Shown here piece by piece: positions 53,834 through 64,000 of a stretch of DNA of 64,000 nucleotides. The notes beneath the pieces are model-generated. The model was not told the origin of the DNA. It saw only the letters and a list, made by a program, of their open reading frames with translations, and searched no databases. The DNA comes from Octopus sinensis (Eukaryota): the NCBI RefSeq assembly GCF_006345805.1, contig NC_043019.1, forward strand, positions 29,883,360 to 29,947,359, read 5' to 3'. Position 1 is the stretch's first letter; each line of letters begins with the position of its first letter. The translations under genes were made by a program, and so were the position numbers.

Positions 53834-54569
53834 TATATATATACATACATATCCTCATCATCATCATCATCATCATCATCATCACCACCATCATTATCAT
53901 TTAATGTACATCTTCCGTGCTGGCTTAATTGGGATGGTCTGATAAGATCTGAGGAGCTGGTATGTTCCATTGTGCTCCAGTGTTTGTTTCGGCATGGTTT
54001 CTACAGCTGGATGCCTTTCCTAATGCTAACCACTTTACAGAGTATGATGAGTACTTTTTTTTTGTGGCACCAGCATTAGTGAGGTCCCTATGCCTCCTGC
54101 AAAGCTAAAGATTGACTGATTGGGAGTATAGTATAAAGGGAAGTAGCTTTATGCTAGGTGTTAAGAGGCAAAAGTATGAAAGAAGGAACAGGTTTCTTGC
54201 TGTAGAGGAAGTACAAGGCTACCTTGCATTATACAAGAGTGGGTAGGAGTAGCTTTGACACTCGAAAGAGAGCTAAAAGAAGATGGTGATGAGGTGTCAG
54301 AATGAGCCTTCAAGGTACAATTTGATGAACAGAAGTGAGAGTGGGGACAGAAGATCAGGAAGGATAGATGGGTAGAAGTTGTGAGAGTGTATAAGAGTGA
54401 GAGATGGTTAAAGGTGGGAGTGGAGGTGAAGTGGTGCATATGATGAACAAGGATGGAGGGGTGGTCACTGGGAGATTTGAGTTGACGGGAAGTTAGGGAG
54501 AGGAGGTGATGAGTGTCAGTACAGAAATGGTGAAGAGCTGCATATGGAAGCATTGAAACACAGAGGAAA

Positions 54570-55145
54570 ACACATACATGGAAACAGAAACACACACATA
54601 CACACATGGAAACATTCATTCACATACTTGGACACACATATGTGGAAACACACACAAACATAGCACCACACACACACTCACACACACATGGAAACACTCA
54701 TTCATATACTTGGAAACACACATATGTGGAAACATACACAAACATAGAACCACACACACACACACACGGAAACACTCATTCACATATTTGGAAACACAAA
54801 TATGTGGAAACATACACAAACATAGAATCACACACACACATACACAGAAACATACACTGGAAATACGCACAAACATAGAACCACACACACACTCATACAT
54901 ACACACACAGAAACACTCATTCACATACTTGGACACACACACTTGGAAACACACACAAACATAGAACCACATACACACACACACATGCACACACACACAC
55001 ACACACACTGGAAATATGCAAAAAATTAGAACCACACACACTCACGCATACATGCTTGCATGGAAACATACACACATGGAAACAATCGCATATCATGGAA
55101 GGAAATGCACATATGTTGAGACACATATTTGGAAGCACAGAAAGG

Positions 55146-55178
<33 letters not shown>

Positions 55179-55180
55179 GT
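54570..55180. repeat. CA-rich degenerate ~60-70 bp minisatellite
   Basis: Recurrent ggaaacactcattcacatacttggaaacac..aaacatagaaccacacac. Confidence 0.85.
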
Positions 55181-55749
55181 GGAAATACACACGGATGTGT
55201 AAATCCCATACAAGGACCAAATAAATAAATAAATAAATAATTTGGAAAATAAATAAGACAGACAAACAAATAAACCTTATATATAACATATTCAAAATAC
55301 AACAATTGTGTAGTCTAGACAAGTCCGCATTCAGTTTATAAAAGCAAGCATTCTGGAGGTGTTTTTGTGTTCTGTATGGTTCTTTATTGGACTGGAATAC
55401 AAAAACACAGTTGTTATTGTCAACCATCTATTTGAATACGACTTCGTTGATATCTCACTTCTTTGTAAATTGTTCCGTTTCATTCCCTTTTATATAATAC
55501 AAAGCTAAGCTTGTTTTTCTTTTTCTCCCTTTGGGTTTTTTTTTTTTTTTTTTTTTCAATTTTTTAATTTTTGATCCAATTTTTCTAAGAGAAGAGGAAG
55601 TAAAACAAGATAAGTTTGCCATGTTGGTTTTTTTTTATTTTTTTTTTTTTTTTATAATTTATCGTCTTGCTATCTTCTCCATGCAGACAGTTGATTGCCT
55701 GCTTTCATTTCGAGCTGTCTTGTTTTATGTGTAATTTCAAAGACCTCAT

Positions 55750-56000
55750 CGCCATTGCTGTCATCATCATCGTTGTCGTCATCATCATCATCATCATCAT
55801 TGTCATCGTCGTTGTTGTTGTTATTGTCATTGTTTATTATCATTGTCGTCATCATCATCATCATCATCATAATCATCATCATCATTGTCGTCGTCATCAT
55901 CATTGTTATCATCGTCATCATCATCATCGTCGTCATTGTCGTCATCATCGTCGTCGTCATTGTCATCATCATCATCATCATTGTCGTCGTCATCATCATT
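55750..56000. repeat. (CAT)n/(CGT)n trinucleotide tract
   Basis: Read directly. Confidence 0.95.
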
Positions 56001-56406
56001 AATATGTCTCCCAGAAGATCACTCTGGAAGTTTTCTACTACTTCACTCTGATAGAATTGTTTTTGGTTATATTTAAAAATACTCACTTTGTTGTCTTTTT
56101 CTCCCCAAAAAAAAAAACCAAAAAAGAAAAAAAGGGAAAAAAATCCATTATACTTGGTACACTTTCATGACTGGATTTTTGTTGAAATCCATTGTGGTCA
56201 CTTAGTTACAGTTAGGCAACCATTACGGTCAGTTAGTTAGTAAGTAATCAAAGAATAAGCGATTCGGGTCAACAAGGACAGGTCATCTCCCTTAGATAAC
56301 CTGCCCACGCTGACCCAGATTGTCTATTCTTTGGCCACTTACTAACCAACTGACTGTAACAGATTCCTGCCTCCCAGAGTAGAAGAGTTATATTTGTCTT
56401 CGACTT

Positions 56407-56470
56407 TAGAGTCTGATGAGCTGTCCATGGGGCCAGGGCATTTATGGATACAAAACCATTGGTCACTCTA
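56407..56470 (+). ncRNA. Type I hammerhead ribozyme with G12->A substitution
   Basis: Stem I TAGAGT/ACTCTA; CTGATGA (56413-19); stem II G(C)TGTCCAT/ATGGATAC; AAAA in place of GAAA (56452-55); stem III ACC-att-GGT; triplet GTC (56462-64). Confidence 0.7.
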
Positions 56471-56569
56471 TGACCAGACATAGACTTAACCTTATAAAAA
56501 TACATTTGCTGCTCTATGCTTTAGAATGTGCTTCCTTTATCTGTATATATGATACATTGACGATATACA

Positions 56570-56608
<39 letters not shown>

Positions 56609-56611
56609 ATC

Positions 56612-56665
<54 letters not shown>

Positions 56666-57794
56666 GTGTATATATATATGTATATATGTATATATATATA
56701 CACACATATATACAAACATATATGTAGATGCAAACATATTTAAACACACACTTGCACACACACACACACATGCACATATACATGTGTGTGTGTGTGTATG
56801 TGTATATCATAATTATCATTTAGCATCCTCCTTCCATGCTGCCATGGGTTGATGTATAGACGTATGTGTATATATATATGTGTATATATATATGTGTGAA
56901 CATATAAGCACACACACACACACACACACACACATATTATATTTTCTTTCATACAAGTTGAATTTTTTCAAAATTTGTCTGTCAAACAAGGCAGGTCGAC
57001 TTATACACTGACACAACTTTTGAGTGCCTGAGTTTCTCATGAAATGCATCAGGACTTGGAAATATGTTGGTGATGTTTGAATGTTTACACTATGTGTTCA
57101 CACTATATACTATGTTTGCTTGAATACCAGAAAATGTATTTGCAAATGTTAAGTACTGAGTAACACCGCTTAAACTTGTCCTAAAAACAGACTTCCTTTC
57201 AGAATCACTTTATTGGTATCAATAAAATGAACGAACCAAGTAAACAAATGCCACATTTTGCCAATTTTCACAAGTTTAAATTGAAAAAAAAAAGAATCTT
57301 ATGCAATTAGCCAATTGACTTTATTTGCATATGTAATTAATTGGTCAATTTTACATAGATTTGATGCTAAATAGTTTAGTGTTCACGAAACTTATGCAAT
57401 TTGCCAAATTATGTATTTGTTCAGTTGTAATTATACAAAATTGCCGGTACTGTCAGTGGTCTGGGTTAATTTTAACTTGGTCTGTATTTCTTCAAAATTA
57501 ATCTTCCTTCTTCTTTAGATGTATATTTACTTCATCAAGCAGAAAATATTTTCTGATTTATTCTTCACATAGATATAATGGCAATCACAATTATTCACCT
57601 TTTTTTCTTCGTTTTTAATTAGACAGTCAGCGAAGATTGATGCTCAGCCTGAACATCTTCAGGTTATTGTCTGCAAGATTAACACTGAATATTTGCAGCA
57701 CAGTAATATAACTTTCTCTCTCTCCTTCTCTTTAATGTATCAATAGAGTATTTATCTTATTTCTTTACTGCCCACAGGGGACTACACGCAGAGA

Positions 57795-58180
57795 GGAGGC
57801 GCAATGGCCTAGTGGTTAGGGCAGCGGACTCGCGGTCATGGGATCGCGGTTTCGATACCCAGACCGGGCGTTGTGAGTGTTTATTGAGCGAAAACACCTA
57901 AAGCTCCACGAGGCTCCGGCAGGGGATGGTGGTGATCCCTGCTGTACTCTTTCACCACAACTTTCTCTCACTCTTACTTCCTGTTTCTGTTGTACCTGTA
58001 TTTCAAAGGGCTGGCCTTGTCACTCTCTGTGTCACGCTGAATATCCCCGAGAACTACGTTAAGGGTACATGTGTCTGTGGAGTGCTCAGCCACTTACACG
58101 TTAATTTCATGAGCAGGCTGTTCCGTTGATTTGGATCAACCAGAACCCTCGTCGTCGTAACCGACGGAGTGCTTCCACCA
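57795..58180 (+). mobile_element. SINE family 1 inserted in a family 2 copy
   Basis: TSD acacgcagag; the flanks rejoin into a minus-strand family 2 SINE (57755-58372). Confidence 0.88.
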
Positions 58181-58372
58181 CCACACGCAGAGGGGACAAG
58201 CAAGGACAGACAAACGGATTAAGTCGATTATATTGACGCCAATGTGTAACTGGTACTTATTTAATTGACCCCAAAAGGATGAAAGGTAAAGTCGACCTCG
58301 GTGGAATTTGAACTCAGAATGTAAAAGCAGACAAAATACCGCTAAGCATTTCACCCAGCATGCTAACGTTTC

Positions 58373-58604
58373 TTATTTCTTTACTGCCCACAAGGGGCTA
58401 CACACAGAGGGAACAAACAAAGACAGACAAACGGATTAAGTCGATTATATCGACCCCAGTGCATAACTGGTACTTAATTTATTGACCCTGAAAGGATGAA
58501 AGGCTAAGTAGACCTTGGTGGAATTTGAACTCAGAACATAAGGACAGACAAAATACTGCTAAGCATTTTGCCCAGCATGCTAAAATTTCTGCGAGCTCAC
58601 CGCC
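58373..58604 (-). mobile_element. SINE family 2
   Basis: Full copy, tandem with the 57755-58372 copy. Confidence 0.8.
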
Positions 58605-58722
58605 TTCTATGACATTGTATCTATGGCAATTATATACATGTCATCTTTTTCTTCATTTTCTTTCTTTTTCTCTCCTTGTGTACCAATGGCCTGTGTAGCA
58701 GGTTCAATTATATATATATATA

Positions 58723-59099
58723 CACTTGCGTCAGAAATTAATTAGCACTTCTCAAATTTCTACATTAAATAGGTTAAATCAATTAACCTATGAGCTGTTC
58801 AAAACGTCTTATGCGATGAGAAAACTTAGTATGGTGTGATTTCGGTCCTTGCGAGGCGCTACCTATATCTATTAAACAAAGGAAGATTTGTCTGCATCCA
58901 CACTCCAATTTGTTGCACTGCTATGTCAACATCATAAGGCTGTAGACTCTCAAACTGCTCTGCAAACAAAGTTACATCATCGTTCTGCGCAACAGTGAAC
59001 TCGCAACAAAGCAATAGTTCGAGATATGGCCACTAGGTGACAGCACATACCTTGAGTGAAGAGCAAATCAAGGGTGCTAATTAATTTCTGACGGTAGTG
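58723..59099. mobile_element. Tc1/mariner-type MITE
   Basis: TIRs cacttgcgtcagaaattaattagcac / gtgctaattaatttctgacggtagtg; inserted in (TA)n. Confidence 0.85.
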
Positions 59100-59126
59100 T
59101 ATATATATATATATATATATATATTT

Positions 59127-59846
59127 ATAATTAATCAATATAGGGTGGCAAAAAAAATTTTGTAGAATTTTCTTGCCACCAGCGGCCTAGTGGGAAAAAA
59201 TTAAATAGTCATAGACCATTTTTAAGTTCAACATCAACAATCAAGGAACGGCCATAATAGGCCATTCACCCACTAGAAATAACAGCCAAAGCTTCAACCG
59301 CAAATAAAAGTCAATTCCGTAAACAGGAGAAAATTTAAAAAACATTTACCCTGTAAATGGACTTAAAAATGGTCTATGACTATTTAATTTTTTCCCACTA
59401 GGCCGCTGGTGGCAAGAAAATTCTACAAAATTTTTTTGCCACCCTATATTGATTAATTATGAATTTTCTGGTTAATTCCGTAATGGAATCGACGGCTTAT
59501 ATTTATTTGCTGCCGATAAATTTGGCGCGAGTGCGATGATTTGAAAATTTTAGGTCAGATATTAACTTGGCAGGGTCGGAAATGCCTCGTGAAAATATCT
59601 GTTCCGACTTGTGGCTATTTCTTACTGAAGAATCTGAGGGCCTATGGAAGATTGGCTTGATTTAATTTAATCAGGTTAGTTTACCATTAAACAGCAGACG
59701 AAACGGTGCATCGTATAAGAAATTACAGGGTAAATGTTTTTTAAATTTTCTCCTGTTTACGGAATTGACTTTTATTTGCGGTTGAAGCTTTGGCTGTTAT
59801 TTCTAGTGGGTGAATGGCCTATTATGGCCGTTCCTTGATTGTTGAT
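59127..59846 (+). mobile_element. Hammerhead-bearing non-autonomous retroelement (retrozyme/Penelope pLTR-like) with inverted partial copy
   Basis: A (59127-59227) and A' (59361-59460), and B (59233-59356) and B' (59723-59846), are near-perfect inverted pairs. The hammerhead lies between A' and B'. (TA)n on both flanks. Confidence 0.65.
59617..59723 (+). ncRNA. Type I hammerhead ribozyme, canonical core
   Basis: Stem I ATTTCTTA (59617-24)/TAAGAAAT (59716-23); CTGAAGA (59625-31); stem II TCTG/CAGA with a long capping hairpin; GAAA (59700-03); stem III ACGG-tgca-TCGT; cleavage triplet GTA (59713-15). Confidence 0.85.
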
Positions 59847-59885
59847 ATATATATATATATATATATTATACACATACATACATAC

Positions 59886-59959
<74 letters not shown>

Positions 59960-60186
59960 TTCAGTAGTATCGGGCTCACAATCACGAGGTAGTGAGTTCG
60001 ATTCCTGGACTGGGCTATGTGTTGTGTTCTTAAGCAAGACACTTTATTTCATGCTGCTCCAGTTCGCTCAGCTGTAGAAATGGGTTGCAACATCACTGGC
60101 GCCAAGCTGTATCAGCCTTTGCCTTTTCCTTTTTATAATTATCTGCGCAGCTTAGCTTGAGCTGAGATTAAATTTGATGGTGTTTC

Positions 60187-60238
60187 CGCTGTTGCTGCTG
60201 CTCCTGTTGCTGCTGCAGCTGTTGCTGTTGCTGTTGTT

Positions 60239-60269
<31 letters not shown>

Positions 60270-60322
60270 TTGTTGTTGTTGTTGTAGTTGTTGCTGCTGC
60301 TGCTGCTGCTGCTGTCGTTGTT
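60187..60322. repeat. (CTG)n/(TTG)n trinucleotide tract
   Basis: Read directly. Confidence 0.95.
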
Positions 60323-60369
60323 GGTCAACATAAGATCAATTCTGATTGAGCAGACCAATTTCTTATCTT

Positions 60370-61172
60370 GTACTTGTTTTCAGTTGTTAGACTGCGGCCA
60401 TGCTGGGGCACTGCGTTGAAGGGTTCATTTGAACATATAAACCCCAGTATCTAGTTTTCAAGTCCGATACTTTTCATGTTGGTCACTTTTGCCAAACCAC
60501 TAAGATGTGGGGAGGTAAACAAACCAACACTAGTTGTCAAGTGGTGGTAGGGGACAAGCACACATGCATACACACAGACAAAAACACACACACATGACAG
60601 GCTTCTTCCAGTTTCCATCTATTAAATCCACTCACAAGGCTTGGTCAACCTGGAGCTATAGTAGAAGACATTTGCCCAAGGTGTTATGCAGTGGGATTGA
60701 GCCTGGAACCACGCACTTAAGAAGCAAACTTCTTACCACACAGCCACGCCTGTGCCTATACTCTTTTACTCTTTTACTTGTTTCAGCCATTTGACTGTGG
60801 CCACGCTGGAGCACCACCTTTAGTCGATCAAATCGACCCCAGGACTTATTCTTTGTAAGCCTAGTACTTATTCTATCGGTCCCTTTTGCCGAACCGCTAA
60901 GTTACAGGGACGTAAACACACTAACTTCGGTTGTCAAGCGATGTTGGGGGGGGGGGCAAACACAGACACACAAACATACACCCACACACACACACACACA
61001 TATATATGATGGGCTTCTTTCAGTTTCCGTCTACCAAATCCACTCACAAGGCTTTGGTCGGCCCGAGGCTACAGTAGAAGACACTTGCCCAAGGTGCCAC
61101 GCAGTGGGACCGAACCCGGAACCATGTAGTTCGTGAGCAAGCTACTTACCACACAGCCACGCCTGTGCCTAT
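60370..61172 (-). mobile_element. Two tandem SINE family 3 copies
   Basis: Old copy 60370-60760, younger copy 60761-61172. Confidence 0.8.
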
Positions 61173-62048
61173 GACCAAAAGTATTTCAACAATCACCAAC
61201 CATTCGACGTTTTGTATATCCCCGATAACATTGTTTACCGTAGCCTTTTTTTGTTCTTTTCTTTTTGAAGATACCAAAGTCACTGTTATTTAGGGGAGCA
61301 AATCTAGTTGCTACATTTCACAGATTGAGCATTCTGTTGCTCCGAATCTCTCAACTACATGAGTAATTAACTTATTTGCATAATGATACACAGGCAATCA
61401 ATAATATACCATTAACATTTATGTTTTTATTTTCTTTCCTCTACCAGCTCATATTAGCCAAGTCCATTTATTTTACTTAGATCAATAACTGTTGGTATTA
61501 GTCCAGGAATTGTCATATTTATACAAGAATTTAAACACATAGCACTCAGCACTGATGCTGGAGTCAATTTTTTTCTCTTTTTTTTTCGTCATTATTTGTT
61601 TTGTTTTGTTTTGTTTCCTTTTTTTTTCTCCTCTCATATTTCTCCTCCCACATCATTCATTGTATATCAGTTTTCTCCGCTTGGATGGGTCTGGTTGGCT
61701 TTTGATCCAGCTTCATGTCATACATAAAGCGTGTGCTCTTTTGTCATCTTTTATCATCGCAACAGTAGAACTCGCCCCGCCCCCCCGGCCATCAGTCATT
61801 TTTTTTTTTTTGTCTTTTATATTTTTACTTGTTTCAGTCATTAGGTTGCGGCCATGCTGGGGCACTGCTTTTAAGAATTTTGGTAGAAGCATATTAACCC
61901 CAGTACTAATTTTTAAAGCTTGGTACTTATTATACTGGTCTCTTCTGCCAGACTGTTAAGTTACAGAGATGTAAACACATCAATACCAGTTGCCAAGTGG
62001 TGATGGGGGGAGGGGCACAAACACAGACACACAGACACAGACACACAA

Positions 62049-62108
<60 letters not shown>

Positions 62109-62124
62109 CAACAGTTTCTTTCAG

Positions 62125-62345
62125 TTTACTGCCCACAAGGGGCTACACACAAAGGGGACAAACATGGACAAACAGATTAAGTTGATTATATCAACCCCAG
62201 TGCGTAGCTAGCACTTATTTAATCGACCCCGAAAGGATGAAAGGCAAAGTCGACCTTGGTGGAATTTGAACTCAGAACGTGGCGGCAGACGAAATACCAC
62301 TAAGCATTTTGCCCGGCGTGCTAACGTTTCTGCCAGCTCACCACC
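62125..62345 (-). mobile_element. SINE family 2
   Basis: Full copy by similarity. Confidence 0.78.
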
Positions 62346-63139
62346 TCTTTCAACTTCTGCCTACTAGATCTACTCACATGGCTTTGGATGCTTGTCCAAG
62401 GTACCACGCAATGGAACTGAACCCAGAGCCATGTTCTTCAGAAGCAAACTTCTTATTACACAGCCACGCCTGCTGTTATTGTTTTGTATGTGATTTGTTT
62501 TTGTCTTGTATGTTTTGGCTTGGTTGACCAAGTCTATTGTGAATTATCACTTCTGTCCCTTTCAACTGGGAATGGCAGCCAGTTTTCCTGTCTCTAGTCA
62601 CTATGGTGAAAGAGGTTGTCTAGTGGAAGAGGATGGCAGCGCAAGACACCGATATTTTCCACTTTGGTCAAGCTTTCATCACCTCTAGAAGTTCCACTTG
62701 AGAAGGAAAGTGAGGGTGGAGAGGGAGGGGCTCTCCTGCAGCATATTTGTCAAAATCTGGGTGACATTGGTGAAAATGACAAGAATGAATGGGTAACTGT
62801 AGGTTGGAGAATGATACTTGGGATAGGGTACTTGCCCTTGGTGGTCAGGATGATCTTAGATCTAGGGGATTCTTTGACTGGTCCTACTTGGAGGTCAGGG
62901 TGATCCTAGATCTAGGGGATTCTTTGACTGGTCCTACTTGGAGGCCCTCCTGTATCCAGAAGTCTGGTTAGTCCATATTACTCTGTTAGGAGCATTGGGT
63001 TGGTTTTCCTGGTTTCTCTGACACATATATTCCTTCCTGGATGGGACGCCAGTCTGTTGTAGGATTACTAATGTTTACCAGCTGAGTGGACTGGAAAATG
63101 TAAACCAAAGTGTTTTGCTCAAGAACACAATGTGTCCCC

Positions 63140-64000
63140 CAGCCCAGGAATCAAAACCACAGTGTTACGATCATGACTGAAACACCCTAACCACTAAACC
63201 ATGTGTCCCCACTGTTGATCAGTCCAGGAATTGAAACCACAATCTTTTGATCCTGAGTCCAACACCCTAACCACAATGCCATGCACTTCTGCTTTTGCCC
63301 AGCACAGGAATCAAAACCACAATTTTACTGTCATGATTGAAACCCCCTAACCACTAAGCCATGTGTCCCCACCGTTGTTCAGTCCAGGAATTGAAACCAG
63401 AATCTTTTGATCCTGAGTCCAACACCCTAACCACAATGCCATGCACTTCTGCTTTTGCCCAGCACAGGAATCAAAACCACAATTTTACTGTCATGATTGA
63501 AACCCCCTAACCACTAAGCCATGTGTCCCCACCGTTGTTCAGTCCAGGAATTGAAACCAGAATCTTTTGATCCTGAGTCCAACACCCTAACCACAATGCC
63601 ATGCACTTCTGCTTTTGCCCAGCACAGGAATCAAAACCACAATTTTACTGTCATGAATGTGACACCCTAACCACTAATCCATGTGTCCCCACCTTTGTTC
63701 AGTCCAGGAATTGAAACCACAATCTTTTGATCCTGAGTCCAACACCCTAACCACAATGCCATGCACTTCCGCTTTTGCCCAGCACAGGAATCAAAACCAC
63801 AATTTTACTGTCATGAATGTGACACCCTAACCACTAATCCATGCACCTCCACTATCGCCCAGTCCAGGAATTGAAACCACAGTCGTAGGATCATGAGTGT
63901 AACACCCTAACCACTAAACTATGTGTCCCCACTATTGCTCGGTCCAGGAATTGAAACCACAATCTTAAGATCATGAGTGCAATAGCCTAACCACTAGGCC
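63140..64000 (-). repeat. 80-bp satellite of tRNA-like SINE heads with 160-bp higher-order period
   Basis: Units start every 80 bp from 63140 to 63940; runs off the window. Confidence 0.92.

Noticed and set aside
57612-57660. Possible exon after a strong pyrimidine tract (also 22980-22994)
   Set aside because: No frame resembles the expected PH/TBC1D2 continuation, and donor sites are weak.
62843-62945. ~50-bp tandem duplication (and 14-bp duplication at ~45700-45730)
   Set aside because: Ordinary slippage duplications with no further structure.

Overview
Eukaryotic, AT-rich, extremely repeat-dense DNA. The tRNA-headed SINE families and dense (TA)n/(CA)n/(TATC)n tracts look like an octopus/cephalopod genome (inference, not verified). 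The only recognisable cellular gene is the first coding exon (855-1216, + strand) of a PH-domain protein resembling TBC1D2/TBC1D2B. No later exon was recognised, so the rest of the window is probably one >62 kb intron. It is filled with several SINE families, mariner/Tc1/pogo/piggyBac-type MITEs and relics, 5'-truncated CR1- and RTE-type LINEs, and micro- and minisatellites. The main unexpected signal is a set of type I hammerhead ribozyme motifs in short non-coding elements next to (TA)n tracts. One has a fully canonical core (59617-59723) and lies inside an interleaved inverted-repeat structure that implies a ~490-nt head-to-tail (tandem or circular) template. A second (56407-56470) is one base from canonical and sits beside a 137-nt G-U-rich hairpin. 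Several minimal, degenerate motifs also occur. Together these suggest retrozyme/Penelope-pLTR-like elements. All folds were deduced by eye; no searches or folding programs were run, and repeat boundaries are approximate.
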